Shown piece after piece: positions 41,012 to 51,359 of a stretch of DNA of 64,000 bases; positions within the stretch are counted from its first letter, which is position 1; every line of letters begins with the position of its first letter. Origin of the DNA: a bacterium. GTDB taxonomy: Bacteria; UBA8248; JACPRG01; G963555815. The position numbers and the translations under genes are program-made. The notes under the pieces were generated by a model. The model made no database searches. It was not told the origin of the DNA and saw nothing but the letters and a program-made list of their open reading frames with translations. Where the stretch lies: assembly GCA_963555815.3 (NCBI GenBank), contig CAUVWX020000001.1:64001-128000 (forward strand), written 5' to 3'.

Positions 41012-41689
41012 CTAGGTGCACATTATTACTATATTTTCAACAACTTCGTCAACTGTCAAATCTGTCGTATCGATCCGAAAAGCATCCTCAGCGGCAACGA
41101 GGGGAGCAATCTTGCGCGTGCGATCCCGTTCGTCACGCTTGAGGATCTCCTCATGCACTCTCTCCAGCTCCACAGACTTCCCCAGGGCACGCAGCTCTTC
41201 AAAACGCCTCTTGGCTCGTGTCCTCGGATCAGCCGTACAGAAAAATTTTAGCGTGGCACTCGGAAAGACCACGGTCCCGATGTCCCTCCCCTCCATGACA
41301 AGACCCTGGGGCGTCCTCTGAGCACGTTGCAGGTCCACCAGGGCCGCCCGAAGGGCCGGGCGCGCCGAAAGCAGGGATGCACCCTCCCCCACCTCCTCCC
41401 CTTTGAGGACGTCGGTGACATCTTTTCTCCCCATTTGGGCCCTCCAGCCCTTGTCTGTCCATACGAAGGTGAGGTCCAACTCCTTACATAAATCCACCAG
41501 GACAGAGTCTTGCGCTGTCGGGGGAATCCCCCGCTGGGTCGCAAGCCACGTCACACCTCGATAAAGGGCGCCCGAGTCGAAATAGCAATAACCAAAATGG
41601 GTCGCAAGCCTCTGACTCACCGTGCTCTTTCCGGCCCCGGCAGGACCGTCCACGGCGATGACGACCCCCTCAGTCTCCATGTTTTTCAT
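41012..41689 (-). CDS. cmk: Cytidylate kinase
   Basis: DGPAGAGKST, DSGALYR, EGRDIGTVVFP, RDERD. Confidence 0.96.
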   Translation of the reverse strand: MKNMETEGVVIAVDGPAGAGKSTVSQRLATHFGYCYFDSGALYRGVTWLATQRGIPPTAQDSVLVDLCKELDLTFVWTDKGWRAQMGRKDVTDVLKGEEVGEGASLLSARPALRAALVDLQRAQRTPQGLVMEGRDIGTVVFPSATLKFFCTADPRTRAKRRFEELRALGKSVELERVHEEILKRDERDRTRKIAPLVAAEDAFRIDTTDLTVDEVVENIVIMCT

Positions 41690-42554
41690 CTCTCTGGGTC
41701 ATGAGTCGGTCACGTTTCTCTTTGGCCGCCCTGAAACTCTCCCCGAGGGCGCTGCCATCGCAGGAATCAATCTCTTTCTCCAAAGCATCCAGGGCCTTTC
41801 GGAACTTCTCAAGCCAGTCCAGAAGGGGTCCCCGGTTGGAGAGGCAGATGTCCCGCCACATGACAGGGTCGCTTGAGGCGATCCTGGAAAAGTCGCGGAA
41901 GCCTCCTCCTGCAAAACCTTCGATGGCGTCTTCTGGGATGGTGTTCACAGCCGCGTAGGCCAGGACGTGGGGGAGGTGGCTGACGGCGGCCAGCATCCGG
42001 TCATGGGCCTCTGGCGCCAGCCTGACTACCCGGGCCCCTACCGCCCGCCAAAGGTCCCCCGCACGCTCTTCTGCTGCCGAGGAAGTTCGAGCAGTCGGCG
42101 TCAGGACGCACGTTGCCCCCCGAAAAAGCCCTCGCCAGGAGGCCGAAACGCCGGAATCCTCGGTCCCGGCAATGGGGTGGCCGCCGATGAAGAGGACACC
42201 CGGAGGGATGGAAGGCTCAACGGCAGCCACGTAGGAGGCCTTCGCGCTGCCCACATCGGTCACCAGGGCTCCCTTCGGGAGGTGCGAAAGAACCCGAAGC
42301 GTCAGCTCGGCGGCGACGCCCAAGGGGGTCGCAATGACCACGAGGTCTGCCCCGTGGGCGGCCTTCTCGGGCGTCATCTCCCCCCGGTCGATGACCCCCA
42401 GGGTTTGGGCCCTGCGAAGGGTCTCCTCCGTCCGGCTACACCCCACCACCTCATCCACCCAGCCTCCCTCTCGAAGGTCCCGGGCGAGAGAGCCGCCGAT
42501 GAGCCCGACCCCAATGAGGGCGAGTTTGGAGAAGTGAAGATTTAATCCTTCCAT
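41670..42554 (-). CDS. tyrA: Prephenate/arogenate dehydrogenase
   Basis: GVGLIGGS, DVGSAK, GHPIAGTE, HD..SHLPH, RIASSDP.MW. Confidence 0.93.
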   Translation of the reverse strand: MEGLNLHFSKLALIGVGLIGGSLARDLREGGWVDEVVGCSRTEETLRRAQTLGVIDRGEMTPEKAAHGADLVVIATPLGVAAELTLRVLSHLPKGALVTDVGSAKASYVAAVEPSIPPGVLFIGGHPIAGTEDSGVSASWRGLFRGATCVLTPTARTSSAAEERAGDLWRAVGARVVRLAPEAHDRMLAAVSHLPHVLAYAAVNTIPEDAIEGFAGGGFRDFSRIASSDPVMWRDICLSNRGPLLDWLEKFRKALDALEKEIDSCDGSALGESFRAAKEKRDRLMTQRDEKHGD

Positions 42555-42573
42555 GGAGCTCTCCGAAAGGAGG

Positions 42574-43662
42574 TCAATTTCCTATGACTCGCCTGAGGGC
42601 TTGGACAAACCGCTTGTTCTCCTCAGGCAGGCCCACAGTCAACCGGATGTGGGCAGGAAGGCCGTAGCCCCCCATGGGGCGGACGATCACACCTTCCCTA
42701 AGGAGCTTCTCGTATATGTTGGCCCCGTCTCCCACTTCGACAAGAAGGAAATTGGCCTGGGAGGGGACACAGGAGAGGCCGAGGGTCTCGAGCTCCCCAT
42801 AGAGGTAAGCGAGGCCCTTGGCGTTCATCTCGTTGGACCCTGTCACATGGGCCTCATCGAAGAGGGCGGCCCGCGCCGCCACCTGGGCCAGGCTACTCAC
42901 GTTGAAGGGTTCTCTCACCTTCTCCACCGCCCGGATGGCCTCCGGGTGGCCCACGCCGAACCCCACCCGAAGACCCGCGAGGCCGTAGGCCTTAGAGAAG
43001 GTCCGCACGACGAAGAGATGGGGATAGGTCTCCAGATAGGTCAGTCCGTTGGGATAGTCAGGGCGAGTCGCGTAGTGACAATAGGCCTCATCCAGGACGA
43101 CTACGACGTGGGGGGGGATCTGCTCCAAAAAGGTTTCGAGCGCCTCCTGGCCGACGGCCGTCCCTGTGGGATTATTGGGATTGTCGAGGAAGACCATCTG
43201 GGTCCGGTCCGTCACCCGCCGCGCCATCTCAGGGAGATCGTAGGCAAAATCTCTGAAGGGGACGACGACGCGTCTGGCCTCACAGAGTTCGGCCACGATG
43301 TGAAACACGACAAACCCCTGTTTCCCCACGATGACCTCATCGCCCGGCTCCAGGAAGGTCTTGGCGATATTCTCCAACACCTCGTTCGTCCCGTTGCCGA
43401 GGGTGAAGTGATCGGGGGAAGGACCCAGGCGCTCAGACAGGGCAATCTTGAGATAAAAACCGCCCCCGTCGGGATAGCGGTGAAGACCCGAGAGGGCTTC
43501 TCGAAGGGCACCCAGGGCCTTTGGGGACGGCCCCAGGGGGTTCTCATTGGAGGCCAACTTGATAGCCTCCGAGATCCCAAGCTCCCGCTCTAACTCCTCA
43601 GTGGGTTTTCCTGGCTCGTAGGAGATGAGGTTCCGAGTCCGGGCGGCGGGCCTCAGCTTCAT
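42574..43662 (-). CDS. hisC: Histidinol-phosphate aminotransferase
   Basis: KLASNENPLG, NPNNPTG, DEAY, RTFSKAYGLAGLRVG. Confidence 0.95.
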   Translation of the reverse strand: MKLRPAARTRNLISYEPGKPTEELERELGISEAIKLASNENPLGPSPKALGALREALSGLHRYPDGGGFYLKIALSERLGPSPDHFTLGNGTNEVLENIAKTFLEPGDEVIVGKQGFVVFHIVAELCEARRVVVPFRDFAYDLPEMARRVTDRTQMVFLDNPNNPTGTAVGQEALETFLEQIPPHVVVVLDEAYCHYATRPDYPNGLTYLETYPHLFVVRTFSKAYGLAGLRVGFGVGHPEAIRAVEKVREPFNVSSLAQVAARAALFDEAHVTGSNEMNAKGLAYLYGELETLGLSCVPSQANFLLVEVGDGANIYEKLLREGVIVRPMGGYGLPAHIRLTVGLPEENKRFVQALRRVIGN

Positions 43663-44711
43663 CCCAGCTTAGCCCTTGGATAGGACCCAAGATGCTTTAG
43701 GAACTGGCAAGATCGCTCAAGCTCTGCCAAAGCCTTCCGGATCGGCGGGTCCCCCGAGTACCCTTCCAGGTCGATGAAGAAATGATACTCCCAGGGTTTT
43801 TGCCGGGAAGGGCGGGACTCGATACGGGTCAGGTTAATGCTGTGGCGCGCGAAGGGGGCCAGCATCCCGTGAAGGGCCCCCACTTCATCCCGGACCGAGA
43901 AAACGATGGAGGTCTTGTCGTGGGCGCTGGGGGGAGCCCCCTTTCGCCCCAAAAGAAGAAATCGCGTGATGTTCTGGCCCATTTTATCGATCTTGTGGGC
44001 AAGAATCGGAAGACCATAGCGTTTGGCCGCCCACTGGCTGGCGACGGCCGCCCCCCGTTTCGTCCTCCTGGCCCGGCGGGCGGCGGCGGCGGTGCTGGCC
44101 ACCTCCTTGAGGGTCACCCCGGGGAGGTGCTCCCCCAGCCAGTCTCGACACTGGGCAAGGGCTTGAGGATGGGAGAAGACTTCGCGGATCTCACCGAGGG
44201 AGCCCGCACGGGAGAGGAGATGGTGGTCGATGGGGATCTGGACCTCTCCGACGATAAGAAGGGATGACTCGAGGAGCATGTCCAGGGTGTGGTGGACGAT
44301 GCCTTCCATCGTGTTCTCGATAGGGACCACGCCATAACCTGTAAGACCTTCCTCAACCTGATGGAAGACCTCGTCGATGCTCTCGCAGGGGACCGTTTGG
44401 GCCTTTTCGCCGAAATGGACTAGCGCGGCCACATGGGTAAAAGTGGCCTCTGGGCCCAGAAAGGCCACTGTCTCTCCCAAGGTGAGTTCGCCCATTCCTC
44501 GTCCGATTTCCCGGAAAACCCGCTTCGCCGCGGCCTTGGGAAAGGGGCCGGCGCGGTGCTCAATGAGGTCCTGGCTTTTCCCGAGACGCTTCGAAACACC
44601 GGGGTCACCGGAATGAGCCTGAAAAAGGGAGGCCCGGCGGTTCAGGAGATCGAGGAGGGTCTTGTCGATGGAGGCCAGCTCTTTTTCCCAATTTGACCGT
44701 AATCGGGCCAT
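43659..44711 (-). CDS. pheA: P-protein: prephenate dehydratase with a divergent chorismate mutase-like N-domain
   Basis: FLGPEATF, VPIEN, SHPQALAQC, NITRF, IESRP, FFID. Confidence 0.92.
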   Translation of the reverse strand: MARLRSNWEKELASIDKTLLDLLNRRASLFQAHSGDPGVSKRLGKSQDLIEHRAGPFPKAAAKRVFREIGRGMGELTLGETVAFLGPEATFTHVAALVHFGEKAQTVPCESIDEVFHQVEEGLTGYGVVPIENTMEGIVHHTLDMLLESSLLIVGEVQIPIDHHLLSRAGSLGEIREVFSHPQALAQCRDWLGEHLPGVTLKEVASTAAAARRARRTKRGAAVASQWAAKRYGLPILAHKIDKMGQNITRFLLLGRKGAPPSAHDKTSIVFSVRDEVGALHGMLAPFARHSINLTRIESRPSRQKPWEYHFFIDLEGYSGDPPIRKALAELERSCQFLKHLGSYPRAKLG

Positions 44712-45505
44712 GGCTTCCCGTCCTCCCCATCAAATTCCACGGGCATTATGGGCCACCTTACGGCCTTTGCGGGGAAAATCAATCCTACTCTGACGCCAAG
44801 GGATGTAAAGTGAATCCCTTTTCAACCCGCACTCCTTTCTCGCGTTCATTATTTCAACAGATTGTTCAGGCGTTCTCCGGCAGCTCACCCCACCGCGTTT
44901 TTCAGCCAGCCATTGTCTAGCTGCGCAGTTTCTTGACTTCGGCCTCGAGTTCCTCGATGCGGGCCTGGAGTTTTTGTAGTTCCGGCTTAATCTCCTCTTC
45001 CGTGAAGCGAGGGGTGATGTGTTGTTGGCAGTTGACGTCCCACGCCTCAACGTGGAAGACGAAGGCCCGTTCCGGCCGCGCCTTGTATTTCGGGTCCGCC
45101 AGTTTCTCCGGCAGCGCCGGATCGTCCTCGACGACCTCCGCCCGGCCCCAGATCTTCACTCGACGGCGGGTGAAGCAGCACATGAGAAAGATGAACGCCT
45201 TGTCATTCTCGCTGAGGTTGCCGACCGAGATGTATTGACGGTTGCCGCCGAAGTCGGCGAAGGCGAGCGTCTTCTCATCCAGGACCTTGAGAAACCCTTT
45301 CGGGCCGCCCCTTGGCGTTGGCGGTCCCCAGATAAAAGGAATCTGTCTCCGCGATAAATTTCTCGAGGTCGGGCGTGACGGTATAGTGCCATCCCCCTTT
45401 CTGCTCCATGCTGGCGTAACTTCGGCGCGATCCAAGACGCTCCTGGACCGACTTGACGGCCGGTGTAAATGCGATGTCGCTGACGCGCTCCATTTCATTT
45501 CCTCC
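44545..45505. repeat. 961-bp direct repeat, copy 1
   Basis: Matches 47554-48514 (offset 3009); one substitution seen (gaatgagcct vs gaatgggcct). Confidence 0.93.
44917..45493 (-). pseudogene. Pyridoxamine 5'-phosphate oxidase-family FMN-binding protein, frameshifted
   Basis: MERVSDIAFTPAVK..FYLGTANAKGRP in one frame; RGGPKGFLKVLDE..GNRQYIS..WDVNCQQHI in another; junction near 45302-45311. Confidence 0.85.
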
Positions 45506-45570
45506 CTATCGAGGATCAACGGAGACGGTCCCAGTAGACCGCCCCCGTTGATCCTTAAACGTCTAAAGCG

Positions 45571-46605
45571 CTATTCAGCCCAGGGCAGCAACGAGACGCG
45601 GCCGGTGACCTGGTTGGTCGAGACCAAGCGGTGGGCCTCGGCCGCCTGGCTCAGCGGGAGCGCACGGTCGAGTGAGGGCTTGATCTTTCCTGCGCGCACT
45701 TGCTCGAAGCCCCACTCGAGGCCCACCGCATCACTCGCCATCGAGCCGCGAAGCTTCTTCTGACCGAAGAAGAAGTTGCGGACGTTAAAGGTGACCTCGG
45801 TGCCGGCCACGAAGCCAAACGCTACCACGACGCCTAAAGGCCTCACGGCGTCGATACTCTTGGGCAGAACGTCTCCACCCAGATTGTCGATCACCACGTC
45901 AGAGCCCTGGCCACCGGTCCATTCTTTGACGCTTTCGACGAAATCCTCTTTTGCGCGCATTGATCACCAAATCGGCGCCCAGCATCTTTGCATATTTGCC
46001 CTTGGCATCACTACGGACTGTGGCGGCGACTTGCGCGCCCAGGGCCTTCGCCACCTGGATCTGGAGGCTACCGGAACCCCAAGCGCCCGAGTGGACCAAC
46101 ACCTTGTCGCCGGCCTTAACCTCACCCACCACATTGACGGCCCGGACACCGGTGGCCAGAGGCACGGAAAATGTCGCCACCTCCTCAGGCTTCAGGCCAC
46201 TCTCATCCTTGAGCACCCAGTGGGCGGGCACCTCCATGTACTGGGCATAGGCGCCCCAGCTCCCCAAGCCAGGTAGTGTGAAGCTGGGCGCCGTGATCGC
46301 GGGGAAGATGTTGTAGTCCTCCTCCTTGGCAGGGTAGCCGGGCGAGGGAACCACGCGTTCACCAATCTTGAAACTGTTGACCCCTTTGCCCAGTTCGGCC
46401 ACCTCGCCGGCGGCGTCAGAACCCGGGATGTGGGGGAAACGAAGTCTGGGACGACCGACCCCTCCAGAATGTAGTGGTCGAAGCGGTTGACACCAACAGC
46501 AAACACCTTGATCAAGACATGCCCTGGCTTGGGCTTCGGCATCTCGATCTCTTCATGCTTGAGCACGTCGAGGTCGCTAAATTCATGCATCACGATCGCT
46601 TTCAT
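45571..46605 (-). pseudogene. MDR-family (quinone oxidoreductase/ADH-like) protein split by two frameshifts
   Basis: Three consecutive ORF pieces: MKAIVMHEF..GVNRFD / GAYAQY..AKALGAQV / DVVIDNLGG..AAEAHRL. Confidence 0.85.
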
Positions 46606-46796
46606 TTGAATTCCATCCTTGTCGCATTTCCTTCCTGTTTCGAAAGGGCCTTCGACCCTGTTTTATCCCTTACCCGGCTTAGACACGGAGCCTGAGAGAA
46701 AGGTTCAGAAAACGGAAGTCATCTGGAGTGTGTCGAAACGATCCTGGACGAGATTGTCTAGCGGAGGACTATCCAGTCGCGGGACCGGCCTTAGAC

Positions 46797-46831
46797 ACGT
46801 GCCACTGGCGGACAAGCCGCCAGTGGCACGT
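46797..46831. repeat. Perfect 15-bp inverted repeat (REP-like hairpin)
   Basis: ACGTGCCACTGGCGG-ACAAG-CCGCCAGTGGCACGT. Confidence 0.8.
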
Positions 46832-46954
46832 CCATCAGTCGATCGAGGGCATATGCTGGATTGCCCGGCTCAGGGACCTCCTCAGAGCAAGGGCTAGTCC
46901 CTCGGGATGTTAGACAAGTCTCCCACTCGCGCCACCTTCGGAACGAAGCGAAGC

Positions 46955-47425
46955 TTACTGCGTGACGATGGCGTCCTTGAGACTGGAAATGAAGCCGACC
47001 ACCTCTCCTCTTTCTTTTTGAGGCACCTCGAATTTGTCCAGCGTGTCATTCAGATGTCCCATGAGCGCTTCCCAGTCACTGTCAGAAAAGTTCAATCCTG
47101 TGTGGACCGTCTTCATATCGCGACCCAGGTAGGTGCAAGGTCCGCCCGCCGCCTCACACACGAACTCTACGACAAATTGATGTTGGCGCTCCAGCGAATT
47201 GACGCTGTGGCCCTTAAAGAAATCGCTAAGTATCGGATTATTTTGCACACGACTCTCGAGCTCGGCGACGAAGGCATCAATGCCGTCATATGCGCCCAAC
47301 CGCTGATAAAGAGACTTTTCTTGCTCCATTTCCTGACCCGCGGTGGGTGCCGCGTTCCACAGCATGACCAGCGCAAGCGCAAACAGCGGGACGAAAACCC
47401 TCTTTGCTACCTGATATGACCGCAT
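46955..47425 (-). CDS. Group 1 truncated hemoglobin with signal peptide
   Basis: Signal MRSYQVAKRVFVPLFALALVML..AG; SLYQRLG, GGPCTYLGRDMKTVH, LDKFEVP. Confidence 0.9.
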   Translation of the reverse strand: MRSYQVAKRVFVPLFALALVMLWNAAPTAGQEMEQEKSLYQRLGAYDGIDAFVAELESRVQNNPILSDFFKGHSVNSLERQHQFVVEFVCEAAGGPCTYLGRDMKTVHTGLNFSDSDWEALMGHLNDTLDKFEVPQKERGEVVGFISSLKDAIVTQ

Positions 47426-47553
47426 TGTCTTCCTCCCCTTTTTTAATTCTTCAAGCGTTGTGTTTGCACTTCTCGTCTTTCTTTTCTTCTCACCTTCCTT
47501 CTTCTTACATGCGCTCACCTCCCTTACAAGCGGTGGGTTTGGTGGCAAAACCT

Positions 47554-48514
47554 GGGCCGGCGCGGTGCTCAATGAGGTCCTGGCTTTTCCCGAGACGCTT
47601 CGAAACACCGGGGTCACCGGAATGGGCCTGAAAAAGGGAGGCCCGGCGGTTCAGGAGATCGAGGAGGGTCTTGTCGATGGAGGCCAGCTCTTTTTCCCAA
47701 TTTGACCGTAATCGGGCCATGGCTTCCCGTCCTCCCCATCAAATTCCACGGGCATTATGGGCCACCTTACGGCCTTTGCGGGGAAAATCAATCCTACTCT
47801 GACGCCAAGGGATGTAAAGTGAATCCCTTTTCAACCCGCACTCCTTTCTCGCGTTCATTATTTCAACAGATTGTTCAGGCGTTCTCCGGCAGCTCACCCC
47901 ACCGCGTTTTTCAGCCAGCCATTGTCTAGCTGCGCAGTTTCTTGACTTCGGCCTCGAGTTCCTCGATGCGGGCCTGGAGTTTTTGTAGTTCCGGCTTAAT
48001 CTCCTCTTCCGTGAAGCGAGGGGTGATGTGTTGTTGGCAGTTGACGTCCCACGCCTCAACGTGGAAGACGAAGGCCCGTTCCGGCCGCGCCTTGTATTTC
48101 GGGTCCGCCAGTTTCTCCGGCAGCGCCGGATCGTCCTCGACGACCTCCGCCCGGCCCCAGATCTTCACTCGACGGCGGGTGAAGCAGCACATGAGAAAGA
48201 TGAACGCCTTGTCATTCTCGCTGAGGTTGCCGACCGAGATGTATTGACGGTTGCCGCCGAAGTCGGCGAAGGCGAGCGTCTTCTCATCCAGGACCTTGAG
48301 AAACCCTTTCGGGCCGCCCCTTGGCGTTGGCGGTCCCCAGATAAAAGGAATCTGTCTCCGCGATAAATTTCTCGAGGTCGGGCGTGACGGTATAGTGCCA
48401 TCCCCCTTTCTGCTCCATGCTGGCGTAACTTCGGCGCGATCCAAGACGCTCCTGGACCGACTTGACGGCCGGTGTAAATGCGATGTCGCTGACGCGCTCC
48501 ATTTCATTTCCTCC
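47554..48514. repeat. 961-bp direct repeat, copy 2 (truncated pheA 5' end plus PNPOx pseudogene)
   Basis: Near-identical to 44545-45505. Confidence 0.93.
47926..48502 (-). pseudogene. Second copy of the PNPOx-family pseudogene with the same lesion
   Basis: Identical split ORFs to copy 1; junction near 48311-48320. Confidence 0.85.
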
Positions 48515-48706
48515 TTGTCTCATTTCCTTTCTGTTCGGAAGGGTCTTCGGCCCTAGCTACCTTTCTACACGACTTAGACACAGAATCAGGAAGGGAAGGT
48601 TCAGAAAAAGAGAACGGAACCGTATAGAGGATTTGCTGACGACGAGGATACATGCGAAGCCGCTTTCTGTAAGGATCTCGACCAGACTCTTAGAACGCTA
48701 CAGAAG

Positions 48707-49165
48707 TTACTTTTCGACGATGTCCCCCTTGAGGCTGGAAATAAAGTCGACCACCTCTCCTCTTTCCCTTTGAGGCACCTCGAATTTATCCAGCGTGGTC
48801 TCCAGATGTCCCACAGTGACCTGCCAATCGCTTTCGCTGATGCCGAGTCCCGCATGGACGGTCTTCATGTCACGACCCAGGTAGGTGCAAGATCCACCCG
48901 TCGTCTCACACAAAAATTCCACGAGCAGTTGGTGGAGACGTCTCAGCGAACCGGCGCTTTGGCCCTTAAAAAAGACGCCAAGCTGAGGGTCGTTTCCAAT
49001 CCGACCTTCGAGATCGGCGACGACTGCGTCCAGGGCGTCATATCCGCCGAGCCGTTGATAAAGCGACTTCTCCTAAGATAGGGTGGGGGCCGCGTTCCAC
49101 AGCATGACCAGCGCAAGCGCAAACAGCAGGACGAAAATCCTCTTCGCTGCGCGGTGCGTCCGCAT
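48707..49165 (-). pseudogene. Second secreted group 1 truncated hemoglobin with an in-frame TAG after the signal peptide
   Basis: MRTHRAAKRIFVLLFALALVMLWNAAPTLS-TAG(49073-49075)-EKSLYQRLGG..GRDMKTVH..DIVEK. Confidence 0.85.
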
Positions 49166-49202
49166 TGCCGTACTCCTTTCTTGGGATGAGCGCGTGCCTC
49201 AT

Positions 49203-50027
49203 CTATCTCTCGGGCGGAGGGAGCTGGGGCAAGCCAGGCGCCGCCTCGCGTACCCACTCCTGGAACTGAATATTGACGCTGGCCCCTGGGTCAGACAAGA
49301 ACTCTCCGTCGGGCCGCTCCCAGTCCGCGATAGCGTACGCCCCGGCGGCCAACGAGGCGATCCCGAGATAGGCCCTGACCTGAATGGCGTTGACCTCAGG
49401 GTGCCTCTCGGCATACCGCCCAAGGACCTTGCGGACGTAGCCCTCGACGGTCTCCTTTTCTGACGCGGGGTCCACGGAGAGGTCAACTTGGAGACGCTTG
49501 CCGCCCTCCTCTTGACGCTGCCTGACCCGGGCGACCATGTAAGGAGGGGTTTCCTCCTTGGGGAGGGGGAGCTCTTCCAAGGCGTCTTTAGTGGCGTGAT
49601 CCAGGACGCTCGTCACCGGAAGATCCTGTTTCATTTGAAACTGTTCCAGGGCCTTCATGGTCTTTGGCCCCACGACCCCGTCGACGGGCCCTACCTGATA
49701 GCCGAGGTTCTTCAGACGGTTCTGAACGAGCTTAACGAGGTTGGTGTCATCCTGGAGGTACGCAGGCCCCGCAAGTTCCAGCAGGGAGTCCTCCCCGTTC
49801 CGCTGTGACGACAGAGACCCAAACCCCGGCGAGAAGAAATTCCACCAAAACCATCCAAGAATGGCGAGAAAGGCAAACACCCAGGCGGTCCTGGCGGGCC
49901 AGCGCCGCCTTCGCAGAATGACGCTCTCCCGGTCCTGGGCGATGGGCCCTGCCGATCCCGGTGCGATCCCTTCCGAAGACCGCTCTCTGGCCTCATCAGG
50001 ATCGAGCATCGCCCCTTTCACTCTCAT
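49203..50027 (-). CDS. Membrane-anchored peptidoglycan-binding domain protein
   Basis: TM then [29 protein letters not shown] (PG_binding_1 pattern). Confidence 0.8.
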   Translation of the reverse strand: MRVKGAMLDPDEARERSSEGIAPGSAGPIAQDRESVILRRRRWPARTAWVFAFLAILGWFWWNFFSPGFGSLSSQRNGEDSLLELAGPAYLQDDTNLVKLVQNRLKNLGYQVGPVDGVVGPKTMKALEQFQMKQDLPVTSVLDHATKDALEELPLPKEETPPYMVARVRQRQEEGGKRLQVDLSVDPASEKETVEGYVRKVLGRYAERHPEVNAIQVRAYLGIASLAAGAYAIADWERPDGEFLSDPGASVNIQFQEWVREAAPGLPQLPPPER

Positions 50028-50440
50028 TCAGAATCCCTTCTCGCTTGAACGGCATTTCGGACAAAGTCCACGATGTCACTCGTCGTCGTCCCGGGCCCAA
50101 AAACCCCATCCAGGCCCGCCTCCTTCAGGGCCGGAAGATCCTCTGGAGGAATGATACCACCCCCAAAGATAAGGACATCAAGACCCTTCTTCCGAAGGCA
50201 CGACACGACCCGGGGAAACAGGGTGCGATGAGCGCCCGAAAGAGAACTGAGACCCACAGCGTCCACGTTCTCCTGCAGGGCGGTGTCGGCGATCTGTTCC
50301 GGTGTTTGGCGTATCCCGGTATAGATGACCTCCATCCCGGCTTCCCGAAGGGCACGTGCCACCACCTTCGCCCCTCGGTCGTGGCCGTCAAGGCCCGGCT
50401 TAGTGATGAGGACTCGGATCTTTCTTTCGCCCAAGGTCAT
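50024..50440 (-). CDS. Cobalamin-binding subunit of an acyl-CoA mutase (methylmalonyl-CoA mutase-like)
   Basis: [32 protein letters not shown]. Confidence 0.93.
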   Translation of the reverse strand: MTLGERKIRVLITKPGLDGHDRGAKVVARALREAGMEVIYTGIRQTPEQIADTALQENVDAVGLSSLSGAHRTLFPRVVSCLRKKGLDVLIFGGGIIPPEDLPALKEAGLDGVFGPGTTTSDIVDFVRNAVQARRDSE

Positions 50441-50450
50441 CCCGTCCGAT

Positions 50451-51122
50451 TCAGAGTGTCCCCGCCATCTCTTCGAGGAGAAAGCGGCGGGTCCGGGGCG
50501 CTAGGTTTTCAGGGACCTGAGAGAGGACCCGGTCGAGGCGGCGAAGATCAGTCGGCGTGTCAACGTCGCTCATGGTTTCTATCTGGCGTATCCGAAGGCC
50601 CAGGCGGGTCGCTCGATCCCAGGTCTCCTGGAAAACGCCCGGCCCCCCCCAAGCCATTTCCGTAAAGAGGGGGGGATGGGGAATCTTGGCCCCAATGAAG
50701 TAATAGCCACCATCTGTCGCCGGCCCAAGGACGAGGTCGGCATCTTCCAGGAGCTCAAAGCCCCTTTTCAGCACTGTGGGGGGAACGTGGGGAAGGTCCG
50801 CCCCATAAAGGGCAACCTGCCGGGCCCCTTCCTGCTGGCATCGCTCAAAGCAGCCCAGCATCCGGGCCCCAAGGTGAGGGCCCTCTTGAGGGAAAAGGAG
50901 GAACCCAGGGGGCATCCATTCTTCGAAGTCGGATCTGGCCTCGGGGGGCGTGTAGGCAAGGGCACCCTCAATGCCGGGCAACCTCGAAACCTTCTCGACC
51001 GTATCCTCTAGACAGCATCGGTAGAACCGGGCGGCCTCTTCGATGGCAAGGGGAGGGACAAGGCGAGTCTTCACCTTTCCGGCCACCGGGGCCTTGGCCG
51101 TAATGACCAGAACATGTCTCAT
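50451..51122 (-). CDS. TIGR04282/DUF2064-like glycosyltransferase
   Basis: [39 protein letters not shown]. Confidence 0.85.
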   Translation of the reverse strand: MRHVLVITAKAPVAGKVKTRLVPPLAIEEAARFYRCCLEDTVEKVSRLPGIEGALAYTPPEARSDFEEWMPPGFLLFPQEGPHLGARMLGCFERCQQEGARQVALYGADLPHVPPTVLKRGFELLEDADLVLGPATDGGYYFIGAKIPHPPLFTEMAWGGPGVFQETWDRATRLGLRIRQIETMSDVDTPTDLRRLDRVLSQVPENLAPRTRRFLLEEMAGTL

Positions 51123-51359
51123 CCCGCCGCCCTTCGTTTGCCAAAAATCCCTTTGTGGGCTTTCCCCCCACCCTATCGCGAGATCCCAAGAGAATCCTAT
51201 CCTCCCCTCCTTCTGACGGTCAAGGGCCGAGGCTGCCCGAAGACCGCTAACGAACACCGTCCGTACGAGTCGCCCCCGAGCCGGCTCTCTTTTTCGCCTT
51301 GAGATCCACCCATCGGCCCGTTAACCTTAGTGGGTCCCTTTAAAGTCGGGAGAAGAGAG

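Noticed and set aside
49073..49075. Pyrrolysine at the in-frame TAG of globin 2
   Set aside because: It aligns with Gln in the paralog at a non-catalytic site within a decaying region; a CAG>TAG nonsense change is simpler.
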